Assembly: GCA_003707115.1 (NCBI GenBank)
Contig: PPNB01000001.1
Location: forward strand, 558,001 to 622,000
Direction: 5' to 3'
Source of the DNA: Tortispora ganteri
Taxonomy: Eukaryota
Length of the DNA stretch: 64,000 nt
Below are positions 10,376-20,740 of this stretch, one piece after another. A program made the position numbers and the translations under genes. Within the stretch, counting starts at the first letter, position 1; every line of letters begins with the position of its first letter. Below the pieces are notes generated by a model that had not been told where the DNA came from, ran no database searches, and was given only the letters and a program-made list of their open reading frames with translations.

Positions 10376-10582
10376 AGTCATATATTGAAGAACCGTTTGA
10401 CATGAAGACAGTTGCAACGGTACCGAAATTTTGATTGGAATTTGTCAAGAGTTCTATCGAAAAGTCAAAATACCGCTGTGATTATATAATAGTAATAATT
10501 TGTTGTAAGTAGATATATAATAAAATATGAGATCGATATCTATTTAATTTCTAATCGTAGGTCAAACTTAAACTTAACACTT

Positions 10583-11722
10583 ATGAGTGAAACGCGACTT
10601 GATGAGCTGGCTCAACTGCTGGAACGCGTTTCTTACTTAATTATTAAGATATCAACGGAATTTAAATCTATTCCTGAATTTACTAAATTTTATGCAGAAG
10701 AAGATGCAGATAGCGTTAATTCGAATTATGAGAAAGATTGTCATATACTGTTAGCTTTATTTGTTCTTTTCAGCGATCTTGACTCTGAACTATCATCTTT
10801 AAATATGGAGACTGAATTTTCTACTGCATATCCTCGTGCTGCAGTATATATCGCATTTGCGAAAATATTAATATCTCTTCAAACTCGTTTATGGAGTAAC
10901 TGTTTTGATCTTGAGATCAATCAAAATACTTTCATGTTGATTCGTAAAATCAATTCTCCACCTAGCGAACCTACCAAAATACTGTACGACGAGTTCAAAG
11001 AACCAGTAAAGAAACTAATATTGTCATCATTATCTTCTGAAAAACTTGAGAATTTGCGCAACTCTACAGATCCGGTATCTCCAGACGAGTTCCTCAGATT
11101 GACTGGTCTTACGATTCCAATACGTTGCGCACTTGGTGCTGCACTACTTAACGAGGACGAGTTACAATTATTGCCAAAATCAAATAGCGATTATATTGCC
11201 AGCTTAAATATTCCATCGGGAACCCGGCCGATCTTGGAAATGCTTGAACCCTTTGCGAAGCTCATTACTCTCATTCATAAAACGTCACTCCAGCCTACTC
11301 AACGCTTGTCAAGTGGTGTAGAGCTGATATCACTCTTCTCAGGTTTGTGTCTTTCATCTGTTGGCGCGTTATCTGCACTAGTAGCTATTGCTCTTTGGGA
11401 ATGCAAACTAGTGAAATGGAGAACAGATTCACCATCAGACCAGATGAATGATATCTACATGTGTTTTACGGCCTTGGTCAGTCCATACGAAAAGAATATT
11501 GACGACATCTCTTTCGTCCGCAAAAACACGCTACGGTCAGCGTTGTCTGGACAATACGACAATGCACGCAAACAAATCTGGGATCGATTCATTAATCTGG
11601 AGCCAATGCTTAGTTATAAAACCTCGTCCACAGATTTCATTGAAGCGAAGTCAATCCTCGCAAAGTTTGCCTACGAACTGCTGTGGTACTATGGTGAACC
11701 TACATGGGAAGTCTTAAAATAG
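10583..11722 (+). CDS. Hypothetical protein, 379 aa, probably helical; family not recognised
   Basis: Long ATG-initiated ORF filling the gap between known genes. Confidence 0.7.
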   Translation: MSETRLDELAQLLERVSYLIIKISTEFKSIPEFTKFYAEEDADSVNSNYEKDCHILLALFVLFSDLDSELSSLNMETEFSTAYPRAAVYIAFAKILISLQTRLWSNCFDLEINQNTFMLIRKINSPPSEPTKILYDEFKEPVKKLILSSLSSEKLENLRNSTDPVSPDEFLRLTGLTIPIRCALGAALLNEDELQLLPKSNSDYIASLNIPSGTRPILEMLEPFAKLITLIHKTSLQPTQRLSSGVELISLFSGLCLSSVGALSALVAIALWECKLVKWRTDSPSDQMNDIYMCFTALVSPYEKNIDDISFVRKNTLRSALSGQYDNARKQIWDRFINLEPMLSYKTSSTDFIEAKSILAKFAYELLWYYGEPTWEVLK

Positions 11723-11763
11723 ATGTCTTATTATTAGTTTTATTATGACTACCAGCTGCCGCC

Positions 11764-13047
11764 TTACATTATACAGCATCCATAATCGATGCCGTTTTTC
11801 TTGAACTTTTCCTTTATGATTTCGTCATCGTTCTCCTTCTGTTTGATTTTGGTCTCTTGAGGGAAATATAATTTCATGTATCTTGATAAATTGGTATCGA
11901 GATTGCGCGCATCTGCCGCTTTGACAACAGCTTGTCGGCAGAGGGGACATTTGTCTTCATTCATTCGCCGCAGTTTGACCAGGCATCGCAGGCAAAACAA
12001 GTGCTGACAGGCCAGCTTGATCGGTTTATAAGCAATAGATGAGCAAATCATGCAAAGGTAATCATCAATCTGAGGAATCGTGCGAATCAGTTCATTCGAT
12101 ATTTCGAAACATGCAACTTTAGACACAGATTCAACGTACTTCCCGTTATACTCAAAGAAATCATCAAATTGATCCTTAGACGACAGCGCTGTTCGTTTGT
12201 CAAATTTCTTCAGTATCTTCCTCACGGCTGTTTCGTTAAGTTTTTGAAAATATAAACATTTCAGAATTTGGTCATTCATTTCAAGAAAAGATTTCAAAAT
12301 AAGGAAATTTTTCTTTCTTTTAAATTGATCAGAGTACCCTTGTTCGTCTAGTTTGTTTTTAAACCACGTCAGCTGTGTTTCAGCCTTTTCTGCTGTTCTT
12401 GCTCCAAGATCTCGCTCATGTGTAGAAAAGAATATGGATGCTTCTAAATACAGCTCAAATACTGACCGCCAGACACTCATGTCAAGCTTGCTCTTTCTTC
12501 CATCATATGGGTTTGTGTTCAAGGCGAGTTCATGGGCTAGATTACCGATCGCGTCATGGAACTGTTTAGCTTGTGTTTTCTGCAGCTTTTGTAAATCAGA
12601 GACTTCAGAACTCAGCATGTGAAAAAATTTTGTGTCACTCTTGAGTTTGATTTCTATCCTTTGATATTCCGGGCTTTCCGTCGATACAGTAACTTCAGGC
12701 GGCTGATCCACTGTGTTTTCGTCCAACTCTTCGATTTTGTAGTTTTTTAAAATAGCAGATACCGGTAAGCCAGATGTTTTGTCGACTTTTAGAATGATTT
12801 TCGGAGCGAATCCTTGCACATCGCCTTCGAAAGTGTAAGAAACAGCGGGCGATTCGTTCTTGTTGATCTGATCTTGCCAATTCAGCAGGACCCCGAGAGT
12901 TTCCTTTTCAAGGCCGATCAGAGTAAGTTCATCAACTACCTGCGACAAGCATTTTTTCAGAGCCTTATATTGAATAGCATGTTCAGTCCATTCTTCAGGG
13001 ATATGTTGCTCCTGAAATGAGGTTTGAAGTTGTTTGGCAAATTTCAT
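11764..13047 (-). CDS. SPX-domain + C3HC4 RING E3 ubiquitin ligase (S. pombe Pqr1/Spx1-like, plant NLA-like) with C-terminal CaaX
   Basis: MKFAK...AIQYKALKK and KILKKFDK SPX motifs; CMIC...CQHLFCLRC...CPLC RING; ends GCCIM. Confidence 0.88.
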   Translation of the reverse strand: MKFAKQLQTSFQEQHIPEEWTEHAIQYKALKKCLSQVVDELTLIGLEKETLGVLLNWQDQINKNESPAVSYTFEGDVQGFAPKIILKVDKTSGLPVSAILKNYKIEELDENTVDQPPEVTVSTESPEYQRIEIKLKSDTKFFHMLSSEVSDLQKLQKTQAKQFHDAIGNLAHELALNTNPYDGRKSKLDMSVWRSVFELYLEASIFFSTHERDLGARTAEKAETQLTWFKNKLDEQGYSDQFKRKKNFLILKSFLEMNDQILKCLYFQKLNETAVRKILKKFDKRTALSSKDQFDDFFEYNGKYVESVSKVACFEISNELIRTIPQIDDYLCMICSSIAYKPIKLACQHLFCLRCLVKLRRMNEDKCPLCRQAVVKAADARNLDTNLSRYMKLYFPQETKIKQKENDDEIIKEKFKKNGIDYGCCIM

Positions 13048-13800
13048 GGTTTCTAAGCATTCCTTGCTAAGTAATTTAGTAATCACAGCTTGTATACATT
13101 AAAGCACAATATAGAAGACTCAATACCATCACCGTGCCCAATAAATGCCTTTCTTTATACAAATATTTAGAGTAAAAAGCAAGAAAAATTAGTGCTTCGT
13201 AGGGTACTTATATATGAAGTAAATTTTAGACCTTTTTGAATCCTAGGCGGTCTATTTAAGGTCGAGAAAGTTAATGTCATAGGTGGCAATCATAAACTTT
13301 ATAGTGTCTGCAGGTTAGGGTTACAACGGTTTCTAGCAAATCAGCAATGTCTATTCGCAAATGTGGGGGGCCAGGTTGTATGTATAGGTTTATAATAATC
13401 GAGAAATGTCGCAATGAGAAGGTCAGATAAAAGAGATTAGTTGCTGATACGACAGTATTAATATTATGGAAGACATTAGTGTTAACAGAACGTGTATTCG
13501 AAATTGGTGGTCTAGTTATTGACGTGTAGTTGTCTTTATTTATTGGCAACCAAAGAAAAAACCGAGATCAGTGACGCCTGCAGAGCTATTAGATATATTT
13601 ATTCTGCAATCATTACACTATATGTGAACGATATCTAGAGATTGCAGCTTTACTTAAGTAGTAAATTACATCAAGGTCATTTATCAAATGAAGCTGCCAT
13701 TACCGTTTCCATGTGATTCTTGCGCGATTAAAATTGTCGCGCAACTCCCAAAGTATTTTGTGTCTTTTTTTGACTTGTCGAAAGCAATCAATTAGCTGAT

Positions 13801-15312
13801 ATGGGAGCGAATCAAAGTCTTCCTGATAGCGATTTGCCTTCGTATTATGATCTACTTGAAGTAGAATCAAATGCATCATTTGAAGAGATACGTAGGAGCT
13901 ACAGGAAGCTTGCATTGAAACTTCACCCAGACAGAAACTTCGGTAATGTGGAAGAAGCAACTGCGCAGTTCTCCAAAATCCAAGCTGCCTACGATATTCT
14001 ATCTGATCCCGATGAGCGTGCATGGTATGACAATCATAAAGATCAGATAGAAGGAGGACAGGCGACTAAGACATCTACTAAGGATTTATTGCGGTTCTTT
14101 AACCCCACGCTGTATGCTAAAAAGGATGATTCGCCCGATGGTATGTATACCATCGCATGTCAAATATTCGATACCATTGCTTCAGAAGAACGCAAATCTG
14201 GATCTGGAGGGTTCCCTCGCTTTGGAAATTCTGCCACACCATATGATCCAGATGTGAAGAACTTCTACAGTGTTTGGGTTGGGTTCAATTCATCACAGTC
14301 ATTTGCATCTGAAGATATATATAGATTGTCAGATGCACCTGATAGAAGGATACGGAGAGCCATGGAAAAGGAAAACAAACGGCTCAGAGAAGCCGCAAGG
14401 AAAGAATTTAGTGAGACAGTTCGCGCTTTGGTAAAATTCATACGCAAGCGTGATCCCAGGTATAGAAATAATTTCCTTACTAATTCACAGTTGCGTGAAG
14501 AAGCACGCCAACGCGCAGAAGAACAATCGAAACGAGACAGAGCCGCAAATGAAGCTAAGATTAGAGAGCAATTGATACATACTGATCAATGGCAAGTCCC
14601 TGATCCTGAAAATTATTTCGAAGAAGAGAATGATTCAGAAGTGTCATACGTTGAGGAATTCGAATGTGTCGCCTGTAACAAGATCTTCAAAACTGAAAAT
14701 CAGCTAGTGCAACATGAGAAAACGAAGAAACACATAAAAAATGTCGAGAAATTGAGAAAGGAAATGCTAGCCGAAGGTCTGGAACTCGGGTTAGATGACC
14801 CTTCAGAATTCAGCGACCATGAAGAATTTGATGAGGTAGACGAGATTGATGACACTGAAGAGTTCGATGACGAAGAAGAATTTGATGAGGTGGACGATAT
14901 TGATTACGCTGACGAGGTCGATGAAGAGTATTTTGACAATATCGAAGAAGTGAATGATGATAATGATTTTGATAATGATGATGTCGAGATCGATGAACTT
15001 GATAAAGATGAATTCAATGAAGAGCATGATACTTTTGCTTCAGTGTTGGGGAAAGAACCAGAAGATATTGATGTTCAATTAGAGAACTTACATCTTTCTG
15101 ACACCGAAAAACCTCAATCATCCAGCTCCAAAAAAGAAAAGAAAAAGAAAGCCAAGCAAGACAAAAAGGCTAGCGACAAGACGATGAAGTGTAATGTATG
15201 TAATGATGAATTTCCCAGCCGAAACAAGTTGTTTGATCACATCAAAGCAACAGGACATGCATTGGCGGGACCACAGTCTAAGAGGTCTTCTAAAAAGGGC
15301 AAAAAGAAATGA
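13801..15312 (+). CDS. JJJ1: J-protein Jjj1 (DNAJC21), 60S maturation
   Basis: J-domain with HPD motif, RRAMEKENK, two C2H2 zinc fingers. Confidence 0.93.
   Translation: MGANQSLPDSDLPSYYDLLEVESNASFEEIRRSYRKLALKLHPDRNFGNVEEATAQFSKIQAAYDILSDPDERAWYDNHKDQIEGGQATKTSTKDLLRFFNPTLYAKKDDSPDGMYTIACQIFDTIASEERKSGSGGFPRFGNSATPYDPDVKNFYSVWVGFNSSQSFASEDIYRLSDAPDRRIRRAMEKENKRLREAARKEFSETVRALVKFIRKRDPRYRNNFLTNSQLREEARQRAEEQSKRDRAANEAKIREQLIHTDQWQVPDPENYFEEENDSEVSYVEEFECVACNKIFKTENQLVQHEKTKKHIKNVEKLRKEMLAEGLELGLDDPSEFSDHEEFDEVDEIDDTEEFDDEEEFDEVDDIDYADEVDEEYFDNIEEVNDDNDFDNDDVEIDELDKDEFNEEHDTFASVLGKEPEDIDVQLENLHLSDTEKPQSSSSKKEKKKKAKQDKKASDKTMKCNVCNDEFPSRNKLFDHIKATGHALAGPQSKRSSKKGKKK
14821..14904 (+). repeat. 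Internal 30-nt direct duplication in the Jjj1 acidic tract
   Basis: 14821-14850 vs 14875-14904, 28/30 identical (EEFDEVDEID / EEFDEVDDID). Confidence 0.8.
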
Positions 15313-15343
15313 CTCAAGTGTTCGATACATTATAACAACCAAC

Positions 15344-17194
15344 CTACCGAGCGCGGCCAATACCAGCTTTAGTGAGTTTAACGGTAGCTGGCAAAGGAAT
15401 ATCGAGACCTTTTTCACCGTCAGTACCTAATTTTGAACCGCGAGACCAGCCTAGCTTTTCTAATATCTGATGTCCGAGATTATCAGGACCTATTTGTGCA
15501 GCTTTAGCTCCAACCACGGCACCATCATGCTGCCTGTAATTATATGCATATTTTCTGGTAGTAACTCCCTTTTGTACTTCGGGTCCTCTTGAAGGAAAAA
15601 GACAGTGGAAGTAAGATCGTTTACCTCGGAAGAAAGTTTGAATAAGTTGTGTTGCAGTTCTTTTGTTAGATATAGAGTCTTGCTCCTTGCTATACTCCAC
15701 ATACGTTCTGCCCTGAAAATCCAGTTTTTCGGAACTCAAATGAAGCAAGTCACCTAATTTGATTAAAATATTACACCCCTGGATATCAGTTGGCGGTAAT
15801 GCGAAAGTTTGCGAGTCGGCGTCATAAAGGAAGATAGAAAGCTCTGCTGCCAAATTTTTGGCAGTCATACTGGTAGGGAAAGCCAACCATGAATCGGGCC
15901 ATTCAGCAGTTGTTATTGGATTGAAAGCTTTTTTAGCGGATTTTTTACCTAGCTGTCCTGTTGCTCTTAGACGTTCACGCTCTTTCTTTTTAGTTGCCTT
16001 TTTCTTGCGGTCTTTGTAATACTGCAGACTCAGCTGTTCAGACAAATCGTCATCTGAGAACATTTCAAACTGAGCTAGCTTTTTCTTCTCTGACGAGGAA
16101 GCATTATTTTTCCACTGTCTGAATTTCAGTTGCTCTTCCTCATACTCATCGTAGTCATAATCGCTATTTTGAGATGCATCGATTTCGTTCAAGGAATTTA
16201 AGTCCAGTTGTCTAAATTCGGGGCCTAATGAAGCCATATCTACCCATGCATAGTCTGTGGACCCTTTGAATTTGACACTGAGTAAAGGTGGTTGTAGATC
16301 TATAAATTGACAATAAGGAGCCACGTCTATAATATCGTGGTCAATACTGCGTAGAAACTCGATGAACTCGCTAAGAGCCATTTTGTGAGAGATCGATTCT
16401 TCTACGTCTGATAATGAAAACCCAACCTCTCTGAGATCTGCATCTAGATCTTCGCTGCGAGTTGCATGCTTTATAAACGAACTTGAAAAAGGGATATCGC
16501 CTTCATCTTCAGAGGAGATAGAGCTTTCTTCGCGCCGTTCAGAGTAGCCTGGCCTGTAGTAATCTTCGTAGTCGCCTTCAGCCGGGAGAATATATGTAGA
16601 TCCTATTTGAAGTGCATTTTCGACAAAAATTGAAGAAGATGGAATTGTTATATGCTCTGATTCACTTGTTTCTGTCGCTTCAGAGGCGTTTGATCCGTCT
16701 ACATCTTCGTAATAAGCAGGAACTGACTCTTCTGATCGAGAGTCGACTTCCAGATCAGCTAGATTGTCATTAACAGTGTCAATTTCGCAATTTATGCTCT
16801 CTTCTTCGGAAATATCGCTGTTAACCTCTGTAGGAATGACTGATTCTTGGTCTTCAACAAATTGTGTATTAATGTTAAGGAAAGCGGCTTCGGCATCTAT
16901 TGAGGGTTCTTGAGGTAGAGGAACAATCTTTGAAGGGTCATAAATGTCTTCTGATTTTACAAAAACAATGCGAGATGTGCGTAATACCCGCGCCATTACC
17001 TCTTTTCTATGGTCTATAGAGGTGATTACTTCATTGGACATTCTCGATCGTTGCACTTCACGGTACTGAGGTGTTGCATGTTTTTTGCGCAGCCCATCAA
17101 ACTTCTGCACATTTTTATACTTGATTGACTCTTTTGCTGTCTTAGACCGGCCTTTATATTTGATCTTTTTCTTCTGTTTGTGGCGTTTCGGCAT
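15344..17194 (-). CDS. SQS1: G-patch protein Sqs1/Pfa1-like (Prp43 cofactor)
   Basis: C-terminal G-patch IGPDNLGHQILEKLGWSRGSKLG preceded by GAVVGAKA; degenerate R3H-like region. Confidence 0.75.
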   Translation of the reverse strand: MPKRHKQKKKIKYKGRSKTAKESIKYKNVQKFDGLRKKHATPQYREVQRSRMSNEVITSIDHRKEVMARVLRTSRIVFVKSEDIYDPSKIVPLPQEPSIDAEAAFLNINTQFVEDQESVIPTEVNSDISEEESINCEIDTVNDNLADLEVDSRSEESVPAYYEDVDGSNASEATETSESEHITIPSSSIFVENALQIGSTYILPAEGDYEDYYRPGYSERREESSISSEDEGDIPFSSSFIKHATRSEDLDADLREVGFSLSDVEESISHKMALSEFIEFLRSIDHDIIDVAPYCQFIDLQPPLLSVKFKGSTDYAWVDMASLGPEFRQLDLNSLNEIDASQNSDYDYDEYEEEQLKFRQWKNNASSSEKKKLAQFEMFSDDDLSEQLSLQYYKDRKKKATKKKERERLRATGQLGKKSAKKAFNPITTAEWPDSWLAFPTSMTAKNLAAELSIFLYDADSQTFALPPTDIQGCNILIKLGDLLHLSSEKLDFQGRTYVEYSKEQDSISNKRTATQLIQTFFRGKRSYFHCLFPSRGPEVQKGVTTRKYAYNYRQHDGAVVGAKAAQIGPDNLGHQILEKLGWSRGSKLGTDGEKGLDIPLPATVKLTKAGIGRAR

Positions 17195-17327
17195 GATCGC
17201 AGATCAGGTTAGACACCTTTCTAGATGTAGGACGTCCCAAAAGGGCCTTTATAAGCACAGAATCATATGTTTTTGAAGATTATATGTATCAGTTGTATTT
17301 TGTTTGTATATACATATACATAAAAAT

Positions 17328-18410
17328 TTACAGTAACCACTCGGTGCCGAGTTCACCGCCGGTATACGAAGCAAAATTCTCTACAGAATGCAACGAGCAG
17401 AGCAAATCGCGGTCAGTTTGTTTCTGCTTCACGTAAGAGTTGTGGTGAAGGTCAACTTTCGAGAATTTCTCAATCGGTTGGACCGTAATGTGAGTTTCTT
17501 CTTCGTTCAGACATTTAGAATAATAAGTATCTGACAGCTGTCGAGCAACATCTGTGTTGATAATAGGCTTAGTTGTGAGGGTCATTGTGTCAGAATGTTT
17601 TCGATCTAGACTATCAGGCTTATTAGCATGGTACTCATTCGTGAAAGCCTGCAGCATGACCCAACGTAAATAGTGCAGAGGTAATAAAAGTTCGACTAAT
17701 AATACTGTCTCGAAATTGTTCAAATACAACGATCGCATCTTTTGGTGTAGAATGTGCAGGTTCACAGAACTTTCCACCCATAGTTTTCTGCCATACACCG
17801 AGCCTGTTTGTGTTGACAGTTTACGAGCATTAGAGTGACCAGAATAAAAGCGACAATTGCCATCCAATTCTTCTAATACCATTGTTAATGCTAAGTGCGC
17901 CCCGCGGGACCAGTGTATTAATTCATAAAGCGAAGTATCGTCGTCCAGGTCACAGGCTGAACCACAAAGTATAGTTGCTATGCGATCTTCATTCGCTAAC
18001 ACGGCACATTCATATTCATGATAAATAATACTCAGCTCTTCGTTGACAGTTGCAAATGTAGCACCCATTTTATCTGCAGAAGCAATTGAGGTAGCAGAGG
18101 CTCGAGCGCTATGATCAGAAGGAAGAATTTGTTTAATGGAGATACACAGATCGTACAACTCATCAAGACATTCCTTTGCATCAACAAGTGTTAATGGCAC
18201 TATATAATAAGAATCAGGAAGAAGATGCATAACATACGAGTAAGAACAGTTGGTGACTTCGTACAACCAATTTTTCAGCTCATCGATCTGGTCAAGAGTT
18301 GACTGGAATCGTTGCGCATATTCTTCAGTAGTCATATAAGACGTGTTATTGATATTGGTATTATCTTTACAGTGAAGATTATTGAATACGGTATTGGTAT
18401 TATAATTCAT
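17328..18410 (-). CDS. Hypothetical protein, 360 aa; family not recognised
   Basis: Long ATG-initiated ORF with no competing gene. Confidence 0.65.
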   Translation of the reverse strand: MNYNTNTVFNNLHCKDNTNINNTSYMTTEEYAQRFQSTLDQIDELKNWLYEVTNCSYSYVMHLLPDSYYIVPLTLVDAKECLDELYDLCISIKQILPSDHSARASATSIASADKMGATFATVNEELSIIYHEYECAVLANEDRIATILCGSACDLDDDTSLYELIHWSRGAHLALTMVLEELDGNCRFYSGHSNARKLSTQTGSVYGRKLWVESSVNLHILHQKMRSLYLNNFETVLLVELLLPLHYLRWVMLQAFTNEYHANKPDSLDRKHSDTMTLTTKPIINTDVARQLSDTYYSKCLNEEETHITVQPIEKFSKVDLHHNSYVKQKQTDRDLLCSLHSVENFASYTGGELGTEWLL

Positions 18411-18818
18411 TCTATTGGTTATTTGTTGACAACAGGAAATAGCGAAAGTGATCTATCAACAATGTATGCACCGGTGTTTAGATATAATGTTACCCGGCCT
18501 TATTAACCTTCCCATCCGTGATAAATACCGGGCTACACGTTGACTAGCGCTGCTCATTTTACTGCTTAAGCGAAGGCCACTTTTGGATCATTCGTTTTTT
18601 AATTGTCAATTCTATTAATTAAGCTTTTTGTGGCTGCTCTACATTTTGATTGAGTGCGAAAAACGTGTAAGATCTTGGCGTATAGACTCAGAACGGCGCC
18701 ACCTGCTTTCGCCTCATAGATCTGCAAGACCACCATAAATACTTCAGTACGCGTGCTTGTTCGTAGAATAGTACAATAGCAAATTCTTAATTGCATTTCG
18801 GATAGAACAACAGAAACT

Positions 18819-20486
18819 ATGGATACATTAAAACGAGCAATGCAGATGATTTGGATATCAGAACCTCGAAACGAGGACCCTAATCTTGCAATCCAGACAT
18901 TTGGCAGATCATTTGAATCAAACATCAATGGAGATAGCCCTGATAGCCATCAGTGGCCGGAAAATTTCAGAGAGTATATATCTCACCTATATTGGCTAAC
19001 GTATCGCACAGATTTTGAGCCAATACCTTGCACTCCTACTGGACCTTCTCCGCAGAGCCTAAAGTATTTGATTCGAGGCCATATACAGCCTGCGAACGCC
19101 TTTACCTCAGATATAGGCTGGGGATGTATGGTAAGATCTTCTCAATGTTTACTGGCCGCTTGCATGTCGCGCAGAATGTCAGAATTAAAACTGGATCACA
19201 TTGATCGTCGTATCATGCAGATCTTTGCCGATCACCCTGATGCGGCGGCTTCATTTCACAATTTCGCAGAGTTCGGTAAATCTTACGGTAAAAATCCTGG
19301 AGAATGGTTTGGACCAGCTGCTGCTGCGCGGTGTATACAAAGAATATGCTCAGAGAAACTGGATCAGCCTCTTATTAAAGTCTATGTTGCATCAGACGGA
19401 GGCGAAATAGTCGAGCAGGATTTAATGGCTGTTTCTTTCGATAACAACTCTACAGAGTATTTTTTTCCGACACTGGTTCTTGTAGGATTGCGTCTAGGCA
19501 TAGAAGCGATTAATCCTATGTACTGGAAGTCGCTTAGCGAACTGCTCAGTTTTAAGTTATGTGTTGGCATAGCTGGTGGAAGACCAGCATCGTCTCATTA
19601 TTTCTATGCTGCACAAGGAAATAAGTTGTTTTATTTGGATCCTCATTTTGCTAAACCGCGGTTACCTTACAACGAAAACTTATCTGACTACACGGACGAA
19701 GATCTGGCCAGCGTCCGCACTGATCGAATCAGTAATTTAGACATGAAAGATATGGACCCCAGCATGTTGGTTGGATTCTATTTGTCTGATTTAAACGATT
19801 GTATTGAGTTGAAACAATTCATAAATGAGTCGTCATGCAGCAAGATACTGCATGTATCAGAACGATCGCTGAAATTTTCGCGGCGCGGAAGCACGATTGA
19901 CGGATTTATAGATCTAGGTGTTGATTCTGCAGGCGAGTATGAATGTGAAGAAGAAGATGGCGATGATAACGAGAGTGAAGAAGGATATAATGTACAATAC
20001 GGAGTTGAAAGTGAAAGCGATATCGTGTCCGGGCCGTCGTCTATGGAAGAGGACAGTACGGAATATGCGCAGACCTCACGACCGGTGGAAGAAGATTCCA
20101 TTGACTATAACGTGGAAGGAAATGGACAAAGTTTGAGGAATGTTAGCGAAGAAAAAAGCCCTAATATAACGTCAGATCGTTCAGATGGAGTTAGTATTGA
20201 GTGCGAAGTTGGTTTTTCTTTAAGTGAGGCTGCCTATGATTACTTTGGGGAGGCCGTTACCGAATCGAGCTCTTCTAATGCACTAAGTGCTGTCTCAGCT
20301 GACGACTATGGATCAACTGAAGCGGAACGTAAATTTACAGAACGGACCATGAGTGTTGGGCACGATTACGAAAAAGTGGAGTTACCGCAAAGGACTCGAA
20401 GCCGAGTGCAAGGAAGCATTGTGGTTATAGAACGCATTGATGAGCCAGAGGATTTAACTGACTCAGCTGAGTCTTGTAATTCATAG
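18819..20486 (+). CDS. ATG4: Autophagy cysteine protease Atg4 (peptidase C54)
   Basis: WLTYR, FTSDIGWGCMVRS (catalytic Cys), GEWFGP, GGRP, YLDPH, MDPSML. Confidence 0.95.
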   Translation: MDTLKRAMQMIWISEPRNEDPNLAIQTFGRSFESNINGDSPDSHQWPENFREYISHLYWLTYRTDFEPIPCTPTGPSPQSLKYLIRGHIQPANAFTSDIGWGCMVRSSQCLLAACMSRRMSELKLDHIDRRIMQIFADHPDAAASFHNFAEFGKSYGKNPGEWFGPAAAARCIQRICSEKLDQPLIKVYVASDGGEIVEQDLMAVSFDNNSTEYFFPTLVLVGLRLGIEAINPMYWKSLSELLSFKLCVGIAGGRPASSHYFYAAQGNKLFYLDPHFAKPRLPYNENLSDYTDEDLASVRTDRISNLDMKDMDPSMLVGFYLSDLNDCIELKQFINESSCSKILHVSERSLKFSRRGSTIDGFIDLGVDSAGEYECEEEDGDDNESEEGYNVQYGVESESDIVSGPSSMEEDSTEYAQTSRPVEEDSIDYNVEGNGQSLRNVSEEKSPNITSDRSDGVSIECEVGFSLSEAAYDYFGEAVTESSSSNALSAVSADDYGSTEAERKFTERTMSVGHDYEKVELPQRTRSRVQGSIVVIERIDEPEDLTDSAESCNS

Positions 20487-20627
20487 GATGGTTTTATGAA
20501 TTTAGACGAGAGGGATCATATAAAAGGAATAAATAGCATTTCATGAAGCCGCCGCCTGCAGTGACGGTACCGTAGAAAGGCATAAAAACCTTATATGATA
20601 GTTTACCAGCAACCACCTGACTTGTTA

Positions 20628-20633
20628 CACGTG
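20628..20633. promoter_or_regulatory. CACGTG E-box (Pho4/Cbf1-type) upstream of the phosphate transporter
   Basis: About 110 bp upstream of the ATG at 20741. Confidence 0.4.
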
Positions 20634-20740
20634 TTTACCTGAGATTCTTACAGTCAGGAGTCAGAACCTTGACAATTGCGGAGGAAATTGAATTAGAGTC
20701 GTTTAGTTCTACCACAGGTAAGAATAGACTAGGTAGAGCC

